DNA of 64,000 nt from Kiritimatiellia bacterium (GTDB lineage: Bacteria; Verrucomicrobiota; Kiritimatiellia; RFP12; UBA1067): the NCBI GenBank assembly GCA_016284515.1, contig JAEEOY010000290.1, forward strand, positions 1,951-65,950, written 5' to 3'. Position 1 is the first letter of the stretch. Every line of letters starts with the position of its first letter. Shown one piece after another: positions 29,101-35,356 of this stretch. The notes below the pieces were generated by a model, which saw nothing but the letters and a program-made list of their open reading frames with translations, did not search any database and had not been told where the DNA came from. The position numbers and the translations under genes were made by a program.

Positions 29101-29444
29101 CGCTCAAGAAGACGTCCGAGACTGTCGGCGAGACGACTGTGACGACATACACAGCTTCTCCGGTGCCTGCGGTTGAGGGAACGGTTGACGTCTCGGGAAT
29201 CCATGTCCAGGTGGCAAACCCCGAGTTCGTAAACGACGACATTATGTCCGGGGAAGACGAGGCTGCAAAGTCGGCGCTTGCATCGACGGTGTTCCCGCTT
29301 CTTAAGGCTGGTGCGGTCTCCGGCAAGGCGACGCTTGACTCTGAACTTACGGGGCTCGGGACGAAAGTCTGGAGGACGTGCAATTCGGCGACTTCTCTGG
29401 GGCTTTGTTGCCGCAACGCAAAGTTCGTTTTCCTAGTCAGGTGA
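23199..29444 (+). CDS. giant exported protein with PATR repeats, paralog B (2081 aa)
   Basis: Signal peptide MSINAKSVKVLATAAFAIPMFVFA. PATR units KRGDGVLTLTGAHTYTGDTTVLGGTLVL and GNLVVTGGGSLALGAGMTYTGTTAVEAGTTLSL. Many G-rich beta-helix-like repeats. Ends in ..NAKFVFLVR. Confidence 0.8.
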   Translation: MSINAKSVKVLATAAFAIPMFVFAGHDWVGETLDATENLYLTGTAANWTPESVPESDYVRFMKGNTTATFNNMITPTDYFWVGSTSGTFTDTEGNPLWCVWQSLDDSADCGINADCKLAVCDAVDQRGNLWIKSGSYTFNSLDWGKGLGPAKIKLTGGTLKSKGFTNFSGKPDATLEIDGGTFDTDAEFVIGTTEGSTGIVHQTGGTFTPKKFWVGSRYEYGQKAFGRYVMTGGSITTDSGEDFVVGGQDYSTGVVEVVSGTINVGGNLLVPWGGNSTGRMTVGDGSVIECGNFRLSDNNGGDGEYTQNGGKMTVRSAATIANTASRAVATIKGGELLASGNINVATAAGGDGTLVLTGGTLSSGAWVCIGAGGNGYYVQKGGTFNITQAFISGQGSNNSAASYSIISNGTLNANQLFIAENSTSSDMTIEGGTVAISSTAYISKNSSEGRGVLTMNGGRLTIGAETYIANADNSTALVTLNGGDLETTAAKKFYVGKGVGSKGEIVVDGGHLKVNNEIHLAPSSGSTGIVHVTSGTITNTSWLVLGINDAYHESTLRIDGGEVYNQGNVTLGSSMGNGSKDNLVVAGTGILRTTGNIYIAEGHTHDASNPAEATVTVDGGLVDNSAGETQFFMGNSIAGTTGTLNLNGGEYITKQIQYVNGAGTAKVNFGGGKLKAASGSDSYIIWANGSAHMSASLVEDTTSTIDTSSQNLTINVPIDGAGNLVVTGGGSLALGAGMTYTGTTAVEAGTTLSLSDASATTSRLILRGGSVSAPANFSVAEVELASGGEVSLPSWYTTSMKLIISGNTTLVVPQGTELGDVEFRDNGKIVYTLSTYTAGETASVATIGTVTYPESETIAEHIYISVDGVRMATVADTNGALTAAPREVEWIGNGTVDYSDGTQWQGGSLTGFDIAVLGKDATVSSAHPAMKLTGGATVAVAQEVTIDALAIGAGGGSINTGSYGVTIVNVKSVEGTLGFSGTGTATISAAPAASVGLALSGTVVATVPYATKFSSLSFAARNLLFVDVSGLSEATTLETPCPISLPQGYSDPNWFIAPKGKRVVFDYNYDNGIKLTSMHPAAEGESVVAVFLGSGSGTGEWRTSGHWVLGTAPTSVDTAVLPFSGTVNMISGGNQTASNVVIKTSHVKFNSTNGWPSFGAEEIIGIEGATLELQTVGLKPASGKTMKVYVDCDCVATNPDQDTWFDGNDADSRLEMHGNICATNSPFRLNGHTDIYGKLIANRPLGDDNYISGGVTFQPGSELIIGENGEVKITGSNTFQGNVTVNGVLQNRSNGTTFSAGTVLSGSGTLDFSHSANFAANISGALTINLTGFGKNGEGQTYFSGDNSAFTGYLNSSSPYHNPYFAAASAGSASARFNFVGDVRTKFAEGVIKFGEAKFTKNDWCVCYIDDATGPVVFEIGALSTGEDTIGAGYSFGSNKDKLTIRKVGTGLLSTWGDQYQHLEVKSGTVAMKDNHGPSSTFIWTGGTLRFDAAYSWDPTPRFDCVNSTVVDIDTAGHDFTWGTALTDNVGITKRGDGVLTLTGAHTYTGDTTVLGGTLVLPLNTGVGTLAVADGATLAVDGSSLEVLENTAYEILSGSTDSASIARIRVTNSDWDWTTSSADGKISATAEAWGDVPNVWVGGEEGYWKDGVNWSRNIAPLATHTAKFTSSALVYLDGDKSIATLDAETGARVLFKSASGDRTLRPKTMTGSGTVALHHVGIIPSVAMTIPDTLTLEIVKVNDDNTIDSWLEGDTAETALTINAPIVGDGYIIFRDHVVLAGDNSGFTGKVLRDANGTLTFKATKSGSAAAAWEFQGDINTSAITEGTLSFGSLTLSGQKCWYQNSSSSMTIEIGALGQDMQFGGNFFFGAEYYDTGTNPENVTLKVVGGKLTYASYGMRKIEVVAGEMVLAAPTHGDGHWTSYRDNRAGYQIDSLVVRSGAALSGSNGDQKILSATFGNGSILKTTLKKTSETVGETTVTTYTASPVPAVEGTVDVSGIHVQVANPEFVNDDIMSGEDEAAKSALASTVFPLLKAGAVSGKATLDSELTGLGTKVWRTCNSATSLGLCCRNAKFVFLVR

Positions 29445-29450
29445 CGTCGT

Positions 29451-29512
29451 GCCTCTGTGCGCGTCCCTAGTAGCCATTGCGGATTTTCGCCACGAAAATT
29501 TCGCAATGGCTA
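29451..29512 (+). terminator. conserved 3'-flank element copy B forming a 42-nt compound hairpin (terminator-like)
   Basis: TAGCCATTGCG-g-ATTTTCG-cca-CGAAAAT-tt-CGCAATGGCTA (29471-29512), followed by TTGCTTTC. The first 41 nt are homologous to 22358-22398. Confidence 0.5.
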
Positions 29513-29532
29513 TTGCTTTCGTCCGCTGGTTA

Positions 29533-29541
29533 TGCTAAGAT
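29533..29541 (+). promoter_or_regulatory. extended -10 promoter (TGcTAAGAT), leaderless-type
   Basis: GTG 29548 and ATG 29551 lie 6 and 9 nt downstream. Confidence 0.4.
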
Positions 29542-29550
29542 TCAGGTGTG

Positions 29551-31626
29551 ATGACTTTGCGAGCGACAACGGCTGCCATCTTGCTGGCCGCAGGCCTTTC
29601 CGCCTATGGCGAGAAGGCCTATGTCTTTTCGTACTTCAACGACATTCCGTTCGGAGGCCGCCGCGGAGAGGCGGCGGGGCTTAGGCTCGCGACGTCGCCG
29701 GATGCGAAGCGCTGGACGGTCGTGAACGAGGGGCGGCCGGTGCTTGTTCCCGAAGTCGGCAAGGATCGGCTCATGCGCGATCCGTCCATCTGCCGCGGAC
29801 CGGACGGCACCTTCCACCTCGTGTGGACGCTCAGCTGGTATTCGAATTCCATCGGGTACGCCTCCTCTCGCGACCTGATACACTGGTCCGAGCAGCGCGA
29901 AATACCGGTCATGGAGGGTATCCCGGAGACGCGCAACTGCTGGGCTCCCGAGGTCACGTACAACCCAGACGACGGGCTCTTCTACGTCTACTGGTCTTCG
30001 ACCGTCACAGGAAGGCATACTCCGATTCCCGACATGCACAGAAAGGAAGCCGGGCTCAACCACCGCACCTACCTCTCGACTACGCGCGACTTCACGGTGT
30101 TCTCCCCTCCGAGACTCTGGTTCAACCCCGACTTCAGCACTATCGACGCCTTCGCCCTGCGCGATCCGAAGGACGGCAGCTGGATTCTCTTCGCCAAGAA
30201 CGAGAACCACACGCCGGTGCAGAAGAACATCGTTGTCGCGTTCTCTGAGAGCCTTGCGGACGGATTCCACGAGCCGGTGTCGGGTCCGATAACGGACCAT
30301 ATCACCGAGGGCCCCACCGCGTTCTTCATCGGCGACGACCTGTATCTCTTCTACGAGAACTACCGCAGCCACTTCTACGGCGCGATGGTGAGCAGGGACC
30401 GCGGCAGGACTTGGGCGGACGTGACGGCGGAGTTTGAATTCCCGCGCGACATCAGGCACGGCACGGTCTTCGAGGTTGACGCCGGAATCGCCGCCTCGCT
30501 GCACCGGCCCGGACGCTTCGGGCATGAAGAGGCGGCGGGCAAGCCAGCCGTTGCCGTATCCGACATGACGATGCTCAGCCTCAAGATGTCGGCGGAGAAG
30601 ATGAACGGACTCGGCGAGCGCATCCGCTTCACGGGCGAGGTGAAGGACGTGGTGCGGGGTGCGGACACCGTGCAGATGGTTCTCGACGACTGGCATGGTT
30701 CGTTTGTGGCGACGATTCCGCTGCCGGCCCGCTCGAAGGTGCCGCGGGAATGGGGCGTCGGAGCGCGCCTCTGCGTCTGCGGCACGCTCTCGTTCCGCTA
30801 TCCGGAGTGCGACGACTTTCGCATCGCCGTCGCCAAGCGCGACGACGTGCAGGTGCTTCGCGCTCCCGCCTGGTGGACTCCGGTACGCCTTGCCGCCGCA
30901 ATCACGCTTGTGGCGCTCCTTTTCCTCGCGATACTCGGCTGGGCGCTCCTGCTGCGCCACCAGAAGGCGGCCGAACTGAAGGTGCACGATGCAGTTCAGA
31001 AGGAGCGGCTGCGTCTCTCCAGCGACCTGCACGACGGCTACCAGCAGCTCCTCGCGGGGTGCATGTTCCGCCTCACCGCCGCGATGACGCTCGGCGAGAA
31101 GCTGAGGAACGGAGGAAGCCCCGCGCTGTGGCGCAAGGTGGACGAGCAGTTCGACGGACTCCGCTCCTCGCTTACGCACGCGCAGGACGAGCTGCGCGCG
31201 GCGCTCTGGACCATGAAGGAGGAGGCGGAGGGCCCGGCAGCCATCGGCGATCTCTTCCGCTACGCGGCGTCGAGGCTTCCGCAGTGGGAGGGAATCGTCT
31301 CCTTCGAGACGGAGGGCGAGGAGTCGCCGATCTCCCGCCGCTATGCTGGCGCGCTGCTGATGATCCTGCAGGAGGCGGTCGGGAATGCGCTCCGGCACGG
31401 AAGGGCGAAGCACGTGAAGGTGCGCGTCGTCTTCGGCAGGAAGGGGCTCGCGATGATCGTCAAGGACGACGGATGCGGCTTCGACGTGGCGGCTTCCGGC
31501 GGGGCGCCTGGAGTGCACCTCGGGCTCAAGAGCATGCAGTCGCGAGCGGAGAACATCGGCGGCAGGTTCGCGGTGCGTTCCGCGCCTGGGAGCGGAACTG
31601 AAGTAAAAGTAGTGCTGGAGGCGTAA
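29551..31626 (+). CDS. sensor histidine kinase with extracytoplasmic GH43-like five-bladed propeller domain (HisKA_3 + HATPase_c)
   Basis: Signal-like N-terminus. GH43-type motifs LMRDPSI, WAPEVTY, TIDAFALRDPKDGSW and ITEGPTAFF. TM segment VRLAAAITLVALLFLAILGWALLL. H-box SSDLHDGYQQLL. ATPase motifs GNALRHG and DDGCGF..GLKSM. Confidence 0.8.
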   Translation: MTLRATTAAILLAAGLSAYGEKAYVFSYFNDIPFGGRRGEAAGLRLATSPDAKRWTVVNEGRPVLVPEVGKDRLMRDPSICRGPDGTFHLVWTLSWYSNSIGYASSRDLIHWSEQREIPVMEGIPETRNCWAPEVTYNPDDGLFYVYWSSTVTGRHTPIPDMHRKEAGLNHRTYLSTTRDFTVFSPPRLWFNPDFSTIDAFALRDPKDGSWILFAKNENHTPVQKNIVVAFSESLADGFHEPVSGPITDHITEGPTAFFIGDDLYLFYENYRSHFYGAMVSRDRGRTWADVTAEFEFPRDIRHGTVFEVDAGIAASLHRPGRFGHEEAAGKPAVAVSDMTMLSLKMSAEKMNGLGERIRFTGEVKDVVRGADTVQMVLDDWHGSFVATIPLPARSKVPREWGVGARLCVCGTLSFRYPECDDFRIAVAKRDDVQVLRAPAWWTPVRLAAAITLVALLFLAILGWALLLRHQKAAELKVHDAVQKERLRLSSDLHDGYQQLLAGCMFRLTAAMTLGEKLRNGGSPALWRKVDEQFDGLRSSLTHAQDELRAALWTMKEEAEGPAAIGDLFRYAASRLPQWEGIVSFETEGEESPISRRYAGALLMILQEAVGNALRHGRAKHVKVRVVFGRKGLAMIVKDDGCGFDVAASGGAPGVHLGLKSMQSRAENIGGRFAVRSAPGSGTEVKVVLEA

Positions 31627-31627
31627 A

Positions 31628-32236
31628 ATGATAAAGGTAATGATAGTGGACGACCATCCGGTCGTGAGGAACGGACTCGAGGCCATGCTCTCGGTCGAGG
31701 AGGACATGGAGGTCGTCGCGGCGGTCGAAGGCGGCGACGCGGCGGTCGCGTGGTGCGCGGAGAACGCGCGGAACCTCCCGGACGTGGTCGTTGCCGACGT
31801 GCATATGCCAAAGGGGGACGGATTCGGCATGCTGTCCGCGCTGAGGAACGCCCACCACGGTGTCCGCGTGCTGCTTCTCGCCGGGATGCCGCTGAAGGAC
31901 GAGGAGACGCGTGCGAGGGAGGACGGAGCGCGCGGGTATCTTCCGAAGAGCCTCGACGGACGCGAGCTGGTCAAGTTCATACGGAGGATCGCGAAGACGG
32001 ATTCCGGCTTCGAGGCCAACGCCTATGAGCAGAACACGGGCGTACTGTCCGACAAGGAGCTGACGGTCCTGCAGTACGCGAGCGAGGGGAAGACGCGCGA
32101 CGAGATAGCCGTGATAGTCGGCATCAGCCCCGAGACAGTGAAGACCCACCTGAAGCACATCATGGAGAAGTTGAACACTGTGAACACCGCGGCGTCCGTT
32201 GCGCGCGGCTTCGAACTCGGCCTTCTGCGCGCATAA
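31628..32236 (+). CDS. response regulator, NarL/LuxR family (REC + HTH_LuxR)
   Basis: MIKVMIVDDHPVVRNGL..VVVADVHMP (receiver domain) and LSDKELTVLQYASEGKTRDEIAVIVGISPETVKTHLKHIMEKL (LuxR HTH). Starts 1 nt after the kinase stop. Confidence 0.9.
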   Translation: MIKVMIVDDHPVVRNGLEAMLSVEEDMEVVAAVEGGDAAVAWCAENARNLPDVVVADVHMPKGDGFGMLSALRNAHHGVRVLLLAGMPLKDEETRAREDGARGYLPKSLDGRELVKFIRRIAKTDSGFEANAYEQNTGVLSDKELTVLQYASEGKTRDEIAVIVGISPETVKTHLKHIMEKLNTVNTAASVARGFELGLLRA

Positions 32237-32284
32237 GGCAAAGTCAAAATACCCCATGTCGCGGTGAATGCAAAACCGGAATGC

Positions 32285-32306
32285 TGTAGTGAGCAAAACT
32301 GGAATG
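32285..32306. repeat. extra (outer) copy of the IS left terminal repeat
   Basis: TGTAGTGAGCAAAACTGGAATG is 20/22 identical to the true IRL at 32416-32437. A further 14-nt partial copy, GCAAAACCGGAATG, lies at 32270-32283. Confidence 0.55.
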
Positions 32307-32415
32307 GAGCGAGAGAGCCTGTTAAGCGGGCTTCAGCGAGGGATTTTGCTTCAAAGATGGCGATTGTTGAAAGTTAAGAAAACCATACGCCCCCCATGGG
32401 GGGCGGCAGTCTCGG

Positions 32416-33784
32416 TGTAGCGAGCAAAACCGGAATGTGGAGTATACTATGCTCCATGAAACAGCAAATATCAAACCGACTGGGTGTCGCGCATGTCCGC
32501 GACACGATGATGCAGTTCATAACCGGTGCGATCACACGCCAGCAGGCGATGGAGTCGCTTCAGGTCGGGCAGTCGCAACTGTATTCGTTGCGCACGTCCT
32601 ACCTCGCGGCGCGGGCTCAGGGGCGTGGCGACGACTGGGAGCCGGGTTCGTCCGGCGGCAACCACATGCCGACTTGGCCTGACAAGGTGCAGTCGTTCCT
32701 GCGCAGGGCCCTGGAGCCGGATGGCGACGCGAAACGGTATTCGTATGCGTTTGCCGCCAGCGAGGTCGGGAGGCGCTTCGGCTTCCCCGTAGACCGCTCC
32801 CAGGTCCGGCACTGGGCCATTGCGCACAACCTCCACCTGGCCGACCACAGGGCGCGGCCTCCGGCGCACGTCCGCCGCTGGCAGCGCAAGTCGGTCGGCG
32901 AGCTGTGGCAGCTGGACGCGACGCCCGACTACTTTCTCGGACGCTCCTGCCAGGCTCTGCAGCTCATCGACATGGTTGACGACTGCAGCCGGATGCAGGT
33001 CGGCTGCCGGCTCTACCGGAGGGAGACGGTCGCGTCGTATCTGGACTTGTTCTACAGAGCCTTCACAAGATACGGCCTCCCCCTGGAAATCTACGTGGAC
33101 AAGGCGGGTTTCTTCAGGAACGACGACGGGTCGTTGACCCAGCTCGGCAGGAGGCTGAAGTTCGTCGACATCTCCTTCGTCTTTGCGAACACGCCCGAGG
33201 CGAAGGGGAAGATCGAGCGCGTGCATCAGGTCTGGCAGGACAGGCTTCCGGCGTACGCGGCGAGGGAAGGCATTACGGGAGACACTCCCCTTGAAGAGGT
33301 AAACGAACAGCTGGACTGCCTGGTCGACTACCGCAACGGGTTCGAGCGTCACCGTGAGCTTCACGACGTGCCGCTGAACGTCTGGACGGACAAGATCAGG
33401 TCGGGCCAGTGCAAGCTGCGTCAGCCCCCGCAGGACGGATGGTGGGAGCTGATCTGGTCGGAATGGAAAGGTTCGACGATCGGGCCGCGCGGGCGGTTGC
33501 TGGTCGACGGATCCCTCTGCTCGACGGAATGTGCAAATGGAACCCGCGTGTGGATCTGCCGGCACCTCGACGGAACCGTGTCTCTCGTGCTCAACAAGCC
33601 GGAAAAGGGAACGTCGCCGAAGGTGGTGTTCACCAACAATCCGAAGGTGTACAGGAGTCGGTGACTGAATGGAGTGGTGTCGCGGCGGGGTGCCCAAGCG
33701 GCAGCCGGGCCTTCAAAACAGCCCGGCTGTATTAGCTTGGGTCGCCGCGAGAGCATGAAAATCATTCCGGTTTTGCTCGCTACA
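32416..33784 (+). mobile_element. IS481-like insertion sequence (1369 bp) with perfect 22-bp terminal inverted repeats
   Basis: IRL TGTAGCGAGCAAAACCGGAATG (32416-32437) is the exact reverse complement of IRR (33763-33784). TGT..ACA termini. Single rve/DDE transposase ORF. No clear target-site duplication seen. Confidence 0.8.
32456..33664 (+). CDS. DDE transposase (integrase core/rve domain, IS481-like)
   Basis: The track ORF (32396) begins outside the IRL. ATG 32456 (or 32435) lies inside the element. WQLDATPDYF, IYVDKAGFF and PEAKGKIERVHQ fit the D, D, E catalytic segments of rve transposases. HTH-like N-terminus. Confidence 0.8.
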   Translation: MKQQISNRLGVAHVRDTMMQFITGAITRQQAMESLQVGQSQLYSLRTSYLAARAQGRGDDWEPGSSGGNHMPTWPDKVQSFLRRALEPDGDAKRYSYAFAASEVGRRFGFPVDRSQVRHWAIAHNLHLADHRARPPAHVRRWQRKSVGELWQLDATPDYFLGRSCQALQLIDMVDDCSRMQVGCRLYRRETVASYLDLFYRAFTRYGLPLEIYVDKAGFFRNDDGSLTQLGRRLKFVDISFVFANTPEAKGKIERVHQVWQDRLPAYAAREGITGDTPLEEVNEQLDCLVDYRNGFERHRELHDVPLNVWTDKIRSGQCKLRQPPQDGWWELIWSEWKGSTIGPRGRLLVDGSLCSTECANGTRVWICRHLDGTVSLVLNKPEKGTSPKVVFTNNPKVYRSR

Positions 33785-33808
33785 ACTTTTCCGGTTTTGA
33801 AATCTACA
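33785..33808. repeat. extra (outer) degenerate copy of the IS right terminal repeat
   Basis: The reverse complement TGTAGATTTCAAAACCGGAAAAGT shares TGTAG and CAAAACCGGA with the IR. It abuts the true IRR directly. Confidence 0.45.
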
Positions 33809-33849
33809 CGACAAGTCAAAATACCCCATTGACTGCGGCGCACAGGTTT

Positions 33850-33858
33850 TGATATACT
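33850..33858 (+). promoter_or_regulatory. extended -10 promoter (TGaTATACT) for the tRNA pair
   Basis: Located 19 nt upstream of tRNA-Thr. Confidence 0.4.
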
Positions 33859-33877
33859 ATCCACCTACAAGTCACAG

Positions 33878-33953
33878 GCCAGGTTAGCACAGTTGGTAGT
33901 GCGGCTCATTCGTAATGAGCAGGTCGGGGGTTCGAATCCCTTACCTGGCTCCA
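33878..33953 (+). tRNA. tRNA-Thr (anticodon CGT)
   Basis: Manual cloverleaf: acceptor GCCAGGT/ACCTGGC, D-stem GCAC/GTGC, anticodon stem GCTCA/TGAGC with loop TTCGTAA, T-arm GGGGG-TTCGAAT-CCCTT, encoded CCA. Confidence 0.9.
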
Positions 33954-33958
33954 CAGAT

Positions 33959-34036
33959 GGCGGGAGTAGATCAATTGGTTAGATCAACAGATTGTGATTC
34001 TGTGGGTTGCGGGTTCGAGTCCCGTCTCCTGCCCCA
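33959..34036 (+). tRNA. tRNA-His (anticodon GTG) with encoded G-1
   Basis: Acceptor GCGGGAG/CTCCTGC, D-stem GATC/GATC, anticodon stem ACAGA/TCTGT with loop TTGTGAT, T-arm GCGGG-TTCGAGT-CCCGT. Extra 5' G opposite C73. Encoded CCA. Confidence 0.9.
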
Positions 34037-34066
34037 GGCGAGAAACTTAGGGATTGGGGTAAAGAG

Positions 34067-34792
34067 ATGACAGTTGTGCAGTCGCTGATCGATTTGCAGG
34101 AAGTCGACGGACGCATTCGCGAGCTCGAGCTCGAGCTCAAGGACCTTCCCCGCCGCAAGGCGCTTGAGACGGCCCGTCTTTCGGGCGTTTCGGCCGATCT
34201 TCAGGCGGCAAAGGCGAGCCAGGAGTACGCTGCCCAGCGCGTGAAGGGCTTCGAGGAGGACGCGAAGGAGCTTCGCGAGAAGATCCAGCAGCTCAAGACG
34301 ACGCAGATGGGGCTCAAGTCGAACAAGGAGTACCAGCAGTACTCGGTGCAGATCGACCTTGTCTCCCACGACCTCGAGACGACGGAGAACAACCAGCTCG
34401 CGGCGATGGAGCATCTGCCGTCCGCGGAGGCGCGCATTGCCGACGCGCAGGCGAAGTTCGACCGCGAGGCGGGCGGCGTGAAGGCGTTCTGCGACGAGAT
34501 CGACGAGCGAATCGCGAATGTGACTGCGGCTCTCGCGGAGGCGCAGAAGGAGCGCGCCGAGAAGGCGAAGCTCGTCACAGATCCCAGGTACATGCTCTAC
34601 TACGAGCGCCTCAGGACCAAGCGCTGGCCCGTGGTGGTCGCGCTTACGCACGAAGGTGTTTGCGACGGGTGTCATCTCGTCCAGCCGCCGAGCGTCTCGC
34701 AGATGGTCGACGCGAACGAGAAGCTGGGCGAGGCCGGAAGGCCCCAGAACATCGTCGCGTGCACGATGTGCGGACGCATCCTGTACCGCTGA
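34067..34792 (+). CDS. COG1579-type coiled-coil protein with C-terminal C4 zinc ribbon
   Basis: The track ORF (34007) overlaps tRNA-His. ATG 34067 gives MTVVQSLIDLQEVDGRIRELELELKDLP.., a long coiled coil, and CDGCH..(28 aa)..CTMCGRILY. Confidence 0.8.
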   Translation: MTVVQSLIDLQEVDGRIRELELELKDLPRRKALETARLSGVSADLQAAKASQEYAAQRVKGFEEDAKELREKIQQLKTTQMGLKSNKEYQQYSVQIDLVSHDLETTENNQLAAMEHLPSAEARIADAQAKFDREAGGVKAFCDEIDERIANVTAALAEAQKERAEKAKLVTDPRYMLYYERLRTKRWPVVVALTHEGVCDGCHLVQPPSVSQMVDANEKLGEAGRPQNIVACTMCGRILYR

Positions 34793-34806
34793 TCTTTGAA
34801 ATTTCT

Positions 34807-35237
34807 CCTGAAGTGACGCGCGAGTGACCGGTCGCTGCCGCAAGGCAGAGGAAAGTCCGGACTCCGCAGGGCAGAGGGTCCGCTTGTCAAGGGCGGAAGG
34901 CGCGCGGCAATCGCGCGCGATGGAAAGTGCCACAGAAAACAGACAACGGAAAGTCTGGCGAGCAAGCGAGCGGAGGCGTATGCCGAAGGGAGCGAACGAG
35001 CCAGTTCCGAAATGGTGAAAAGGCGGTGTAAGAGACCACCGGCGCGGCTGAAACGACGCGCGCATGGCAAACCCCCCTCGGAGCAAGATCAAATAGGGAG
35101 TCGAACGGGCGGCCCGTCCGGCTGGCATCGCGCGAGCGGAGCCATTAGACTTCGGGTTGATTGCTCAGATGAATGATCGGAGTCTTCCGCAAGGGAGATG
35201 AACAGAATCCGGCTTATTCGCCGCGCGCCACTTCAGG
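34807..35237 (+). ncRNA. rnpB: RNase P RNA (bacterial type A)
   Basis: P1 pairing CCTGAAGTG.CGCGCG / CGCGCG.CACTTCAGG. Universally conserved GAGGAAAGTCCGG, GTGCCACAGAAAACA, GGTGAAAAGGCGGTGTAAGAGACCACC, GGCAAACCCC, AGCAAG and ACAGAATCCGGCTTAT. End positions are +/-5 nt. Confidence 0.93.
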
Positions 35238-35296
35238 AGATTTTTACCCCTATACCCCAAGTGGGGTAATAAATAAAAAAATTTTCATTAGCCCCC

Positions 35297-35325
35297 TTGA
35301 CAATCTCCCCCGTATGGGGTAGAAT
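35297..35325 (+). promoter_or_regulatory. near-consensus sigma70 promoter (TTGACA-17-TAGAAT)
   Basis: TTGACA at 35297-35302, 17-nt spacer, TAGAAT at 35320-35325. An A/T-rich UP-like tract (AATAAATAAAAAAATTTTCATTA) lies upstream. AAGGAGG RBS at 35345-35351. Confidence 0.75.
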
Positions 35326-35356
35326 ATGTGGCGTAAACTCTTTTAAGGAGGATTAG

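Noticed and set aside
29542-32019. 825-aa minus-strand ORF
   Set aside because: It is antisense to the histidine kinase and response regulator, both of which have unmistakable signatures.
33971-35128. 385-aa minus-strand ORF and small plus-strand ORFs (34824-35018)
   Set aside because: They overlap tRNA-His, the COG1579 gene and the RNase P RNA, whose conserved elements explain the sequence.
35254-35270. CCCCAAGTGGGGTAAT counted as a fifth instance of the CCC-W-GGG promoter box
   Set aside because: It lies ~50 nt from the -10 rather than 22 nt. It also forms a 6-bp hairpin right after rnpB, so it may simply be a 3'-end structure. It is mentioned in the finding but not counted.
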